Of a stretch of 64,000 nt of DNA, positions 44,666 to 55,980 are shown in pieces (positions within the stretch are counted from its first letter, which is position 1; each line of letters opens with the position of its first letter). A program made the translations under genes and the position numbers. Under the pieces are notes generated by a model. It was not told where the DNA came from. It ran no database searches and was given only the letters and a program-made list of their open reading frames with translations. This stretch comes from an uncultured candidate division Zixibacteria bacterium (GTDB lineage Bacteria > Zixibacteria > MSB-5A5 > GN15 > FEB-12), in assembly GCA_963806185.1 (NCBI GenBank), contig CAWDXE010000001.1, positions 800,001 to 864,000 on the forward strand, read 5' to 3'.

Positions 44666-45744
44666 TCAGATCGCTTTACCCGAGTTCCGCAGCTTCTCGC
44701 GAACCATCTGGGCCCGCACGAAATCGCGCCGATTCGTGTCCATTTCCTGTCCGATAGTACTTCTGCAGATGCGCCGGCTGCGACAACAGCAGAATCTCGT
44801 TGATCAGTGCCGACGTTCAGAAAGTCGATGATCTTCATCGCGTGGCCCAGCCGAACGGCCGACAGCAGGTTCATCACTTCATCCGAGGTCAGCACCCGGG
44901 CATACTTCAGGATGCCGTAACGCCCGCCATATCTTGTCTTCGATCATATCGGCTGCTTCGTCCACGAGCCGCTGGCGCGCGGCAGCTTCATCGTCGATGA
45001 TCTCTCTGGTCACCTGGGTGATCTGCGCCAGAATGTCCGTCTTCCGAGATCCCCAGCGTGTTCTGGTTGGAGATCTGGAACAGATTCCCAAGTACATCCG
45101 AACCTTCGCCGTAGAACCCGCGGACCATCAACCCGCTGCGTGTGATACGCGAGATCACTTTGTCGATTTCACGCGTCAGCACCAGACCCGGCAGGTGGAT
45201 CAACACCGACGCCCGCATGCCGGTTCCGGCATTGGTCGGACAGGCGGTCAGGTAGCCGAAATCATGATCGTAATCGTATTCGAGATACTGGCCGATTTCC
45301 GCTTCGTATTTCGACGCCAGCGCGTAGGCCCCGTTCGGGTCAAGCCCGGCCGACAGCGCCTGAATGCGCAGGTGATCTTCTTCGTTGACCATAATGGAAA
45401 CGTGTTCCCCGGACCGATAAAGAGCGCCTTGGACAATATCTCCATTCAGAAACAGCGGCGAAATGAGATGCCGTTCGACCAGGAAATCCCGGTCGAGTCG
45501 GATAATGTCGGCCGCCTTGATGTACTTCCCTTCGGTCAGCAACTTGCGAACGGGTCATGGCCGAGTCAAAGTAACTGACCACTCGACTGCGTGGTCTCCG
45601 TATCGGCCGAGCGACGGGATAGCTGCAACCGGCGACATTGCGCGCCAGACGGACCCGCGTCGACAGCACCACCAGCGCTTCTTCACCCTTGCCGGAGAGC
45701 CAGGCCGCCGGGGATTTGGCCATTTCTTCAAACATCACGCTCAC
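44666..45744 (-). CDS. mcsB: Protein arginine kinase (frameshifts in assembly)
   Basis: STRVRLARN, NEEDHLR, GYLTACPTN.GTGMRAS, QISNQ.TLG. Confidence 0.93.
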
Positions 45745-45762
45745 CTGTCGCTCCTCGTCGGC

Positions 45763-46296
45763 CTACTGACCAACCTCCATACGTTCACGCACCATCTTCA
45801 GTTTGTCGCGCAGTTCCGCGGCTCGTTCGAAATCTTCGGCCTCGATCGCCTTGTGCAGTTCCTGCTCCAGCCGCTCTTCTTCCTTGACCGACATCGGTCG
45901 TTGCTGGCTTTCGCCCACTGTCACCGCCGACTCGGGATTACGCCCGCGGTGCAGCGACGCCCCGTGAATTTTGCGCATGATAGATTCCAGTCGCGGGCGA
46001 AACGCATGATAGCACTCACCGCACCCAAAGCGCCCCTGACGGGCAAATTCGTCAAAGGTCATACCGCACGTCTGGCAGGTCAACTGCTCCAGCGGCTCGG
46101 CCTTGCCGGTCGGCTGCGGCCCTTTGACCATTCCTGACAGAATATCGGCCAGCGGAAACGGCTTGTTGTCCAGCGGCGAATGAAACCCCCGCGCCGCCGC
46201 ACACTCACGACACAGCGACAGACCCATCTTCTCGTTCTTCACGATCTGTATCATCTGGACAACCGCCTCGCGCTTTCGACAATCCTGACAAAGCAT
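45763..46296 (-). CDS. mcsA: McsA activator (CxxC repeats, UVR domain)
   Basis: MLCQDC, LCRECA, CQTCG, GCGECY, EDFERAAELRD. Confidence 0.93.
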   Translation of the reverse strand: MLCQDCRKREAVVQMIQIVKNEKMGLSLCRECAAARGFHSPLDNKPFPLADILSGMVKGPQPTGKAEPLEQLTCQTCGMTFDEFARQGRFGCGECYHAFRPRLESIMRKIHGASLHRGRNPESAVTVGESQQRPMSVKEEERLEQELHKAIEAEDFERAAELRDKLKMVRERMEVGQ

Positions 46297-46317
46297 GGCT
46301 ATTCCCTTTCCTCCCCG

Positions 46318-47025
46318 CTATCCGACCACCATCCCGTCAGCCATCTGAAACTCCCGGTCACACGAATCTGCCAACTCACGATTATGCGTGGCGATCAAAA
46401 AGCTTGTCGATTTCTCGGAATTAAGACGAAAGAGAAGTTCGTGCAGCTTACGACCGGTCGCCGTATCGAGATTTCCCGAGGGCTCATCGGCCAGAACCAC
46501 TTCCGGCTCATTGGCCAACGCTCGCGCTACCGCCACTCGCTGTTGTTCACCGCCCGATAATTCCCGCGGACGGTGGCTTCGTCTATGTGATAAACCAACC
46601 TGAGCCAGAAGCTGTTCCCCGTTCTCTTTCGCCTCGGCCTGTGTCTTACCGGCTAACAGCATAGGAATCATCACATTCTCGACTGCCGAAAAATCATCCA
46701 AGAGATAATGAAACTGAAATACAAACCCGATCTTTCGGTTTCGTAGTCGCGCCAGACTCTCTTCCGATAGCCCTTTAAGCGACGTCTCACCCAATAATAC
46801 TTCACCCTGATTGGGACGGTCCAACCCACCCAGAATATGCAGGAGGGTTGATTTGCCCACCCCGGAGGCACCCGTCACTGAGGCCGTCTCTCCGCGCTTC
46901 AACGTCAGACTTATCCCTTTCAGTACCGGTAACTTACCCTCACTGGTCACAAACGACCGGTGAATCTCCCGGGCGGTCAATATCGCCCCCCCTTGCCCGG
47001 TACCTGCATCTGGTTGGTTTCCCAT
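46318..47025 (-). CDS. lolD: Lipoprotein-releasing ABC ATPase
   Basis: GASGVGKST, GFVFQFHYLL, LSGGEQQRVA, ADEPSGNLD. Confidence 0.88.
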   Translation of the reverse strand: MGNQPDAGTGQGGAILTAREIHRSFVTSEGKLPVLKGISLTLKRGETASVTGASGVGKSTLLHILGGLDRPNQGEVLLGETSLKGLSEESLARLRNRKIGFVFQFHYLLDDFSAVENVMIPMLLAGKTQAEAKENGEQLLAQVGLSHRRSHRPRELSGGEQQRVAVARALANEPEVVLADEPSGNLDTATGRKLHELLFRLNSEKSTSFLIATHNRELADSCDREFQMADGMVVG

Positions 47026-47095
47026 ACTCAGCGCTTCTTTATTGATGTCGTCACATGGTGCCAAAGTTTTAGCTAACCCCGATCATTACTTTGTT

Positions 47096-48322
47096 TTACC
47101 GCCGCAAAACATCCACCACCGGGATCCGCGCCGCCTGCGACGCCGGCCAGATCGCCGCCAAAAAACAGATCCCATATGTTACTACACCGGCCAGCGCAAA
47201 ATCTGCCCAGTGTGCGTCAATCGGCAGGTAGGTGATAAAATAAATATCCGCCGGCAACGAAATCACATGATACGTGTTCTGGATTATCGCCAATAGCAAC
47301 GCCAGCAACCACCCAGTCACCACACCAATCGTGGCGATCGCCAGCCCTTTCATCACGAAAATCCGCCGAATCCCCGCCGGTGTGGTCCCCATCGTCTTGA
47401 GAATGCCGATTTCCTGACGCTTTTCCATAGTCAACATGACGAGTGTGGAGATGATGCTGAATGCGGCTACAATCACAATAAGAATAAAGCCGAGAAAAAG
47501 AATCTTCTTTTCGATGGCTATCCATGTGAACAAATTCTTATGCAGCACTCGCCACGGCACGACATCGTATTCGTGACCCAACGCCGAATCGATCCTCGGC
47601 GCCATCGCATCGGCCAGATAGATGTCGGTCAGTTTCAGATGCACCGCCGTCACGGCATCGCCTGTGCGAAACAGGTCCTGTGCGTCTTTCAGCGAGATGT
47701 ACGCCAGCTGACCGTCGAACTCGTACATCCCCGTCTCGAATTCGCCCGCCACATAGAACTTCTTAACCCGTGGCCGGATGTTCTTTCGCATCTCGTCGCC
47801 GCGCAGCGAATACAAGACTATTGGCTGTCCGACATACACACCCAGTCGCTCGGCCAGTCCGTTGCCGAGAACAATGCCGGGCGTCGTGTCGCCGTCGACA
47901 ATCTCAGTGGAGAAGGTGTAGTGCCCGATCTTGACATCCTCGGCGATGCCGGCGGTTTTCGCCTCCATGTCGGCATCGACGCCGCGCACGATGATGCCGT
48001 CACCTTCCGTCTCCGATGATATCGCCGCCTTGTAGTAGATGAACGGCGAGGCCGCTAACACGCCGTCCATCTTTTCGAGTCGATCCACCAGCGCCATGTA
48101 GTCGGTGATGAGCGGCTGTTTGAGAGGGAAGATGGAGATGTGCGATGTTGTCCCCAGCAGTCGGGTGCGGATTTCCGACTCAAAGCCGTTGTGCATGGAC
48201 ATGACAAAGCAGACGGTGGCGACGCCGAGCATGACGCCGAGGACGGTGATCCAGGTGGAGACGGAGATAAAGAATCGACCGGAGCGAAAATATCTTCGGG
48301 CGATGTAGCTTTCGAATTTCAT
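47096..48322 (-). CDS. lolE: Lipoprotein-releasing ABC permease (LolC/E family)
   Basis: IARRY, MS..NGFE, FETGMYEFD, VAAF.IISTL, EIGILKTMG, YFI..LP. Confidence 0.85.
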   Translation of the reverse strand: MKFESYIARRYFRSGRFFISVSTWITVLGVMLGVATVCFVMSMHNGFESEIRTRLLGTTSHISIFPLKQPLITDYMALVDRLEKMDGVLAASPFIYYKAAISSETEGDGIIVRGVDADMEAKTAGIAEDVKIGHYTFSTEIVDGDTTPGIVLGNGLAERLGVYVGQPIVLYSLRGDEMRKNIRPRVKKFYVAGEFETGMYEFDGQLAYISLKDAQDLFRTGDAVTAVHLKLTDIYLADAMAPRIDSALGHEYDVVPWRVLHKNLFTWIAIEKKILFLGFILIVIVAAFSIISTLVMLTMEKRQEIGILKTMGTTPAGIRRIFVMKGLAIATIGVVTGWLLALLLAIIQNTYHVISLPADIYFITYLPIDAHWADFALAGVVTYGICFLAAIWPASQAARIPVVDVLRR

Positions 48323-48502
48323 GCGAACTGTGCCGACCTTTCCCGGCGCCGCCAGTCGGCTCAGGCGAGGAGTGCGCCGTGGCGCACGGACCTGCTTTAG
48401 GTGGAGTATATGGCCTCCCCGCCGACAAATGCAACGTCTTTCATCTCATAATGATACGTTACACAGTACCTCAAAGTCGAGCCAAATAAATGGGTGGAAA
48501 AC

Positions 48503-48722
48503 GTAGGGCGGAACTCATTTGCGATCACCACAGGTTACGCATCACCGGACGGAACGGGCAACGTAGGGCGGAACTCTCTTGCGATCACCAAAGGTTATGC
48601 ATCACCGGACGGAACGCGCAACGTAGGGCGGAACGCTCTTGCGATCACCAAAGGTTATGCATCACCGGACGGAACGCGCATTGAACACAGCCGTCAATCA
48701 GCGCAAGGGAGTTCCGCCCTAC
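48503..48722 (+). repeat. 60-bp tandem triplication of a GTAGGGCGGAAC arm closed by one inverted arm
   Basis: GTAG at 48503, 48563, 48623; inverse GCAAGGGAGTTCCGCCCTAC at 48703-48722. Confidence 0.9.
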
Positions 48723-48761
48723 TACGGCTATGCGGTTCGGGTTAGGTTCACTTGGGATCCG

Positions 48762-49160
48762 GTCATGGCGAGGCCCCCCCACAAACGTCATCGCGAGGCT
48801 CTCCCCCACAAACGTCATCGCGAGGCTCGCTTCGAGCCGTGGCGATCTTTCAGTTCTCTTCTTTTGTAGGTCAGGATCCCCGCTTCCGAGCGGGTGATCC
48901 TGACGCTCTGTTCAGCAAGGACGGCATCCCCACGCATACACACCGCTCGTCGCGCAGTGTCGTCCTGAGCGCCCCCCACCGTCGTCCTGAGCGCTCCCCC
49001 ACCGTCGTCCTGAGCGCCCCCCCACCGTCGTCCTGAGCGCTCCCCCACCGTCGTCCTGAGCGCAGTCGAAGGACGAGATAGTCAGCGTTAATGCGTGGCG
49101 TACGCCCCGTGCGCCAAGCAGGGTGAAAGAAGGCTGGCGCACGAGACGCACGCCAGCCAT
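48762..49160 (+). repeat. Mosaic palindromic repeat cluster 7
   Basis: Stuttered GTCATCGCGAGG, GTAGGTCAGGATC REP at 48866, stuttered GTCGTCCTGAGCG at 48959-49075, GGCGTACG doublet. Confidence 0.9.
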
Positions 49161-49223
49161 GAAGGCAACGCTCAATGTGAGACAAGAGGTCCGGGTAGAA
49201 GCGCATCACTTCACTAATACACC

Positions 49224-49258
49224 AAAACCCCCGCCGGGCTTTCGCCCAGCGGGGGTTT
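49224..49258 (-). terminator. Intrinsic terminator after hppA
   Basis: AAACCCCCGC.GGGC-TTTC-GCCC.GCGGGGGTTT. Confidence 0.7.
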
Positions 49259-49284
49259 CAATTCATCCAACCAATCCTCGCGCC

Positions 49285-51546
49285 CTAAATAAACAGCGGC
49301 GCCAGCACCAGCGTAATCGTCGATAACAGTTTCACCAGCACGTGAAGCGACGGACCAGCCGTGTCCTTAAACGGATCACCTACCGTGTCGCCCACCACCG
49401 CCGCACCGTGAATCGGGTTCTTCACCTTGCTGCCGTCGGCCAAAGTCAGATACTTCCCGCCATGCGCGCCGGTTTCGATATACTTCTTGGCGTTGTCCCA
49501 CGCGCCACCCGCGTTGTTCAGGAAGAGCGCCATGATGATACCGCCGATCGTCCCCACCATCAGAAACGCCGCCACCGACTGCGCGCCAATCAGCGGCTCA
49601 GCATCGGTGCGGAAGAGCAACTTGAAGACGACACCGACCAGTATCGGCGCGCAGACCACCAACAGACCCGGCAGTACCATCTCGCGCAGGGCCGACTTGG
49701 TGACGATATCCACGCACGCGCCGTATTCCGGCTTGAAGTCAGGCGTGAACACGATCATGTCGTTCTTGCGTGCCAGCTTAGAATACTGACGACGTACCTC
49801 TTCGATAATCGCCTTGGCCGCTTTACCCACCGCACGAATACAGAGCGACGAGAACAGGAAAACCAGCATGCAGCCGAGCATCGCGCCGACAAACACGACC
49901 GGATTCGACAGATCGACACGGAACGGTTCGCCACCGTTCGCAATAGATACCGGCGTAGTGCAGGACCTCGTCCATGTACGCCTGGAACAACAGGAAGGCC
50001 GCCAGACCGGCCGAGCCGACCGCGTACCCTTTGGTCAACGCCTTGGTCGTGTTGCCGACTGAATCCAGACGGTCCGTGCGTTCGCGAATATGTTCCGGCT
50101 GACTCGACATCTCGACAATACCACCGGCGTTGTCGGTGATCGGGCCAAACGTATCCATCGCCAGAATGTACGCGGCAGTGGCCAGCATACCCATCGTGGC
50201 GACCGCCGTACCAAACAGGCCGCCGCTCACCGATGCCATCCGGGAACGCCGCCTGGCCGAGGAAATACGACGCCAACAGCGCGCCGCCGGTGACCATCAC
50301 CGGGAGAGCCGTGCATTCAAAGCCGACCGCCACACCGGCAATGATGTTGGTCGCCGGACCGGTCGTCGAGGCGTCGGCAATCGACTCTCACCGGGCGATA
50401 TCGATATTCAGTGTAATACTGCGTGATGAACACGTAGAGAATCGACGTCACCACGCCGACGATACCGCAGACGAAGAAATGCCACCAGGCGTTTTCGGCG
50501 GCCGGTGTATACAGCAGCCAGCGGGTGGCCGCACCAAAACCGATCATGGCGAGAATCGCGGTGAAGAAATAACCGCGGTTGAGCGCCTGCATCGGATCTT
50601 CTTTTTCATTTTTCAGCTTCACCGACACGATGCCGATGATCGACGCGATGATACCAAACGCACGGGCGATCAACGGGAACATCATCACACCGATAATACC
50701 GGCGTCGAAATTGATATCCGCTCGCGCCGCCGCGGCCGCGAGCGTGGCGCCCAGAATCATGGCGCCGATATTTTCAGCGGCCGTCGATTCGAACAGGTCG
50801 GCCCCACGACCGGCGCAGTCACCGACGTTGTCACCGACCAGATCGGCGATCACCGCGGGGTTGCGCGGATCGTCTTCCGGAATACCGGCTTCGACTTTAC
50901 CCACCAGGTCCGCGCCGACGTCGGCCGCCTTGGTGTAAATACCGCCGCCCACCTGGGCGAACAGGGCGACAAACGACGCGCCAAAACCATAGCCGACAAT
51001 CAGGAGAGGAATCTGTGTGTCCGGGACCGCGGTTGTGTAGCGCACCAGCGCATACAGACCGGCGACACCCAGCAGCGACATGGCAACCACCAGACAGGCC
51101 CGACACCGCGCCGCCGCGAAGCGCGACGCGCAGGGCGTCGTTCAGATTATCCAGCGCCGCCGCAGCCGTGCGGATATTGGAGCGGATCGACACCCACATC
51201 CCGACATACCCGGCGATCACGGAACAGATGGCGCCGAGAACGAAAGATATCGTCACCCAGAACGCCAACTGCATCGGTGAGGATACCGGGTCAAATTCGC
51301 GATGACCGCGCAGGACGCCGTAGCCGAGAAAGAGCGCCACCGCGACCAGAAGCGCCAGCATGAGCGATGGTTCGGTTCTGGCGGCGAAGGAACGACTCGG
51401 CTCCCTCTTTGATGGCGTTGGAGATTTTCTGCATCGCCTCGGTGCCAGTGCCCTCGAGCAAGAACCCATCGGGCGAGCCACCAGGCGGCGAGCAGGCCAA
51501 AGAGGCTGATCCCAATGATGAGCCCTAGAAGCAGTCCTTCAGACAT
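49285..51546 (-). CDS. hppA: Membrane H+-translocating pyrophosphatase (frameshifts in assembly)
   Basis: [58 protein letters not shown]. Confidence 0.95.
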
Positions 51547-51733
51547 TAACCTCTCCTTTCGAATTCCTGTAATGGATTAAACAGCCGGGCAAAGGTATGG
51601 CCAACAGCGGGTTTTGGCAAGTATTTTGTGACGGCGAGAGGCCGGCGTGGACCCACCCGGTCGGTGCTGGAGGGGAATGATTTTCCGTCTGCAAAGCAAA
51701 ACCCCCTATCGTAGATCGGGAGTGCGATAATAA

Positions 51734-51763
51734 TTGCGGGGGGGGGGGCGCAGTAGCTATATT
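51734..51763 (+). promoter_or_regulatory. Putative promoter with G11 tract in the -35/-10 spacer
   Basis: TTGCGG-N18-TATATT; G run 51738-51748; ATG at 51809. Confidence 0.5.
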
Positions 51764-51808
51764 GCGACAGGCACACGTCTGTCGCCGGGGATAAAGTCGG
51801 GGTCGCCT

Positions 51809-54295
51809 ATGGAATTGCGGCAAAGCGTGAGGATCGTGATACTGTGCGCGGTGCTTTGCGCGGCGTTCGGCGTTGTGGCGTTTGCTCAGAATGACCCCAC
51901 TCATCGCCCGCGGTTCGATTACTTTCCTCATAACAACGGCAATATGCAGATGTGGATATCCAATCTGGGAACGTATGGTGACGGTGGGGAGGACGAACAA
52001 TTCTACGTTGATCCGCTGTCAGGCCAGTCACTTCCTTTCACGTTTGTCTATCCCAGAAACTCCCATGTCGTTTTCGGCGTCTTTGATCTTTGGATTGGCG
52101 GGAAGGTCAGTGGCGAGCCATCCGTTTCACAGGGTTACTGGGGCGAGCTGGTTTCTGATTATTCGCTTGCCAATCCGATGAGTATATCCACCATCGATCC
52201 GACAAAGGCCTGGTATTCGCCGCAGGCCCGATCAGAACTGGATATCAACTGTGAATACACCGATACTTTCCCGCGCCGCCAGCCGTTTCCGGTGGGCGAT
52301 CCAAATGATCCACTGATTCACCCTCCCCTGGGTGTGCGCGTGCACCAACGATCGATGTCCTGGTCGGCGGAGACTGTCAACGATTTCATTCTCATAGACC
52401 TGGTGTTCACGAATATCGGACGCGATGGGATCAAGGACGTGTATGTAGGCATCAGCGGAACTTCGACGTTCGCGGCATATATCGAATCGTATGCCGATTT
52501 CGATACTCTGCCCCATCAAGATGATCTGGCCGGATACCTGCGGAGCATGATTCTTCCTGGTGACTGCAACGAGCCGACCGAGCTCGGCGTCGCGTATATC
52601 ATGGATAACGACGGCGACCCCGAGGCTGGAGTCTTCGATGCCAAGTCGGCCCTTCCGGCTGTGGGGACGATCGTCCTGCGCTGCCCCGGGGATACACCGA
52701 CTGTCAGCTTCAATTGGTGGGCCTGGTTGCAGAACTACGGCCAACCAGTTCGCGAAGATTGGGGCCCGATGCACGAACGTCGCGAAGGTGAACCGCGTCC
52801 ACCAGTCGGCATGGGCACCGAGTACCCTTACGGCGACATTCAGCGCTATTATATCATGAGCCGCCCCGAGATTGACTATGATCAGGTGTATGCGGCCATT
52901 CTTCAGCAGGGTTGGATGCTGCCGGCCCGCCATGCCGATGAAGTCGCAGCCGGCAGTGGGGTGGCAATGCTTCACTCCGCCGGGCCGTTCGATCTCTTTC
53001 CCGGTCAGAGTGCTGAGTTTACCTTTGCTTTTGTCGGCGGCGAAAATGTCCACACCGACCCGACCAATTTCGAGCGCAACTTCATTCCCAGCAATCCAAG
53101 CGCCTATCTGGCCAATCTTGATTTTTCCGATCTCGCGCTCAACGCCCGCTGGGCACAGTGGGTGTATGATAATCCCGGTTTTGATACCGACGGCGACGGT
53201 TACCGCGGCGAGTACAGAATCTGTGACGGCGACACGCTTTGGTACCAGGGCGACGGTATCCCCGATTTCCGCGCCGACGTGCCGCCACCCGCTCCGCTGT
53301 TGCACGTTTACCCGTCGCAGGGGAAGCTGGTTTATCGCTGGAACGGCTACAACAGCGAGACATTTGTTGATCCGTTCACGCGCATCAAGGATTTCGAGGG
53401 GTACCGCGTGTACATGGGCCTCGACCAGCGCGAGTCGAGCCTGTCGATGATCAGCCAGTTTGATTATCCCAATTTCAACCGCTTTGTGATGCGCCAGAAA
53501 CTGAACGGAACGTGGGATTGGCAGAACAAAGATTTGCCCCTCTCGCTCGACTCACTGCGAAAATTCTTCAATGATCCGGAATTTGAGCCATCACTGTATC
53601 CACGGACCGACCCGCTCAAATTCCTGGACACCTTCTACTATTTCCAGACACAATCGTATAACGCGGCGCTGGCGCCGGACCAGGTGCACAAGGTCTACCC
53701 GGATGCGATAAAGCCGCCCGACGACACGCTTCAATGGACTGCCGACATGCTGACCGAAGAACATGGCAAACCGCTGCCCAGGTATTACGAGTATGAGTAT
53801 GTGCTGGACAAATTGCTGCCGACTATCGAGTATTATGCCAGTGTGACGGCGTTTGATTTCGGGTTTGCGTTTGGAGGGATACCTTCGAGGGAAGCAAGCA
53901 AGTATGCCAACATCACCAATGCGTATGCGATTCCTTCTGCGCAAACCGTAGCCAGTGAACACAGAGACGTCTACATCTGGCCCAATCCCTACCGGTATGA
54001 CGGCAACTATCTGGAGCAGGGATTCGAGAACCACGATCAGAGTCTCTGGTATGACCGGGCGCGACGGATTCACTTTGGCAATCTCCCCGCCAAGTGCACG
54101 ATCTCAATTCTCTCCCTCGACGGCGATCTGATCAAGGAGATTCATCACAGTTTTGCGCCGGACGATCCTGAGGCGCAACACGATTCGTTTGACCTGATCA
54201 GCCGAGCGGGTTTGCTGGTGGTCTCGGGTATTTATTACTGGGTGGTAGAGGGTGACGGCCGGACGCAGATGGGGAAGCTGGTGATAATTGAGTAG
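51809..54295 (+). CDS. Large secreted hypothetical protein (Fn3-like segment, PNPY C-terminal sorting-like domain)
   Basis: Signal peptide; DNDGD, GPFDL.PG, DFEGYRVY, YYASVTAFD, WPNPY...GIYYWVVE. Confidence 0.75.
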   Translation: MELRQSVRIVILCAVLCAAFGVVAFAQNDPTHRPRFDYFPHNNGNMQMWISNLGTYGDGGEDEQFYVDPLSGQSLPFTFVYPRNSHVVFGVFDLWIGGKVSGEPSVSQGYWGELVSDYSLANPMSISTIDPTKAWYSPQARSELDINCEYTDTFPRRQPFPVGDPNDPLIHPPLGVRVHQRSMSWSAETVNDFILIDLVFTNIGRDGIKDVYVGISGTSTFAAYIESYADFDTLPHQDDLAGYLRSMILPGDCNEPTELGVAYIMDNDGDPEAGVFDAKSALPAVGTIVLRCPGDTPTVSFNWWAWLQNYGQPVREDWGPMHERREGEPRPPVGMGTEYPYGDIQRYYIMSRPEIDYDQVYAAILQQGWMLPARHADEVAAGSGVAMLHSAGPFDLFPGQSAEFTFAFVGGENVHTDPTNFERNFIPSNPSAYLANLDFSDLALNARWAQWVYDNPGFDTDGDGYRGEYRICDGDTLWYQGDGIPDFRADVPPPAPLLHVYPSQGKLVYRWNGYNSETFVDPFTRIKDFEGYRVYMGLDQRESSLSMISQFDYPNFNRFVMRQKLNGTWDWQNKDLPLSLDSLRKFFNDPEFEPSLYPRTDPLKFLDTFYYFQTQSYNAALAPDQVHKVYPDAIKPPDDTLQWTADMLTEEHGKPLPRYYEYEYVLDKLLPTIEYYASVTAFDFGFAFGGIPSREASKYANITNAYAIPSAQTVASEHRDVYIWPNPYRYDGNYLEQGFENHDQSLWYDRARRIHFGNLPAKCTISILSLDGDLIKEIHHSFAPDDPEAQHDSFDLISRAGLLVVSGIYYWVVEGDGRTQMGKLVIIE

Positions 54296-54670
54296 GGCAG
54301 CACCGATACGAGTCTTCGAGCGGGTGCTGCCGTCTTGGTGAGGTCAAGGAATCTTATCGGCAGCATCCGTCCGCTAAGAAGCGGACATCGATGCTGCCCT
54401 ACGACCCGCCGTCAGGCTCACAGCGAGCCTGAGCTACTGTGTTGCCCCTCGTCATCCTGAATCATTCCCCTAAATCGTCATCCTGAATCATTATTATGAT
54501 TCAGGATCTCACTGTCCACCGTGTCTATCTGTGCCGCCGCAAAGCGTCGCACTGAGCGCTAGTCGAAGTGCGATTGAAGGGAATGGGGAGTCATCGCGAG
54601 GCGCGCTTCGAGCCGAGGCAGTTTTTCAGTTCTCTCTTGTGGGTCGAAACCGCAGGGCTATCGACCTGCA
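54292..54670. repeat. Mosaic palindromic repeat cluster 8
   Basis: REP doublet 54292-54402, minus REP 54410-54437, stuttered GTCATCCTGAA, CGTCGCACTGAGC and GTCATCGCGAGG elements. Confidence 0.9.
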
Positions 54671-54674
54671 ATCA

Positions 54675-55937
54675 TCAGAAGTTAGTAAGGCAGAACGGTC
54701 CGTGCGGCTGGGCAAACAGGCGGTCGATTGATTGGATCTGCCGGTCGTCGGAAATCTCCGCCAGCCCGTACAGGTGAAGTCTCGAAAACGAGATTGCCCC
54801 CAATACCAGCGATGAGAACTCGGCCACATTCATCGCAATCTCCACCTGCGGCTGTCCGCCCGCCACAACATGGGGACGGCCATGGTCGAACGAGACCGTT
54901 ACCGCGCCGTCGTTCTCCGGCATAAACGAATCGCGGATCACGAACCGGACGGTTACCGATTGATCGCCGAAGGAATGATCTTCGGTCACTTCGAAGAATC
55001 GTTTTGTATTGATCACCCGATACATCGCGCCGGCCGAATACAAACCTATCTGGTGGTAGACCGGTCCAAGCATGGTACCCGATCCGTCGCGCGGATCACG
55101 CACGGCAAAGTGGAAACTGGTGTCCCAGGTAGTAAAGATCACCCGGTTCACCTGATCGAACTGGCTCTGCATGAAAGCGCAGAGTTCCAAAAGCGCTGCG
55201 CGATCCTCCCACATCGGCTGCAACACGCGCAGATCATTCATCAGCATATTCAGCTGGTGCGCCGACTCGAAACGGAACAGCAGATAGCCGCGGATTTCCC
55301 CTCCTTCATCCACATAGCCGATATACCTGTTCTGCGGATTGGATTCCATTTTGATCCGCCAGTTCAGTTCAGTTTCATCGAGCAGACCGGTGTGTCGATC
55401 GTAGAAGCGCGAGTAGCAGGCCGCGAGCAGCGGCGCGTCATCGAGCGTCAGGTAGCGGACGTGCGCCTTCGCCTTCCCTTTCGGCAGTTCGGACGGCAGA
55501 AACTTGTACTGCACGATCGGCACGCTGTTGCCGAAGCCCATCTGGTAATAGAAATCGTGGCGGAACGGCCAGAGCACGGCAAGCGGCGCTTCGCGTTCGC
55601 GATAGAACTGCAGGTAGTACTGAACCATTTCCTTGGCGACCGCTTCCTTCTTGTGAAAGAGATCGACCGCTACCATTCCCAGGCCGCCGCAGCCGGCCGT
55701 TGTTTCAAACAGGCGCATCCGGTAGTCGATCATGCGCATGCCGCCGAGCATCTGCCCGTTGCGAAACAGCCCGTAACTCGCCGCGCGCGGATCGTCGTCC
55801 CACCGTCGCATCTTGGGCACGAACTTGCGGATTTCCTCTTCCGTGCTGGCCATCTTGAAGCCGGGATAGGCATCGACAACGAGCTGCCCGTAGCGGAAAT
55901 AGTCGTCGTCGGAGTTGATATGGCGAATGTCGACCAT
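54675..55937 (-). CDS. Eis-like GNAT acetyltransferase with C-terminal SCP2-like domain
   Basis: LGMVAV, LWPF..DFY..MGFG, IRD.F.PEN.G. Confidence 0.85.
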   Translation of the reverse strand: MVDIRHINSDDDYFRYGQLVVDAYPGFKMASTEEEIRKFVPKMRRWDDDPRAASYGLFRNGQMLGGMRMIDYRMRLFETTAGCGGLGMVAVDLFHKKEAVAKEMVQYYLQFYREREAPLAVLWPFRHDFYYQMGFGNSVPIVQYKFLPSELPKGKAKAHVRYLTLDDAPLLAACYSRFYDRHTGLLDETELNWRIKMESNPQNRYIGYVDEGGEIRGYLLFRFESAHQLNMLMNDLRVLQPMWEDRAALLELCAFMQSQFDQVNRVIFTTWDTSFHFAVRDPRDGSGTMLGPVYHQIGLYSAGAMYRVINTKRFFEVTEDHSFGDQSVTVRFVIRDSFMPENDGAVTVSFDHGRPHVVAGGQPQVEIAMNVAEFSSLVLGAISFSRLHLYGLAEISDDRQIQSIDRLFAQPHGPFCLTNF

Positions 55938-55980
55938 GGGTATAGTCTATGATACTTCGTCCGCTTTGGCAAGTCGAACG

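Noticed and set aside
48503..49075. 60-bp and 22-23-bp arrays as CRISPR
   Set aside because: No variable spacers; the units are fragments of palindromic repeats
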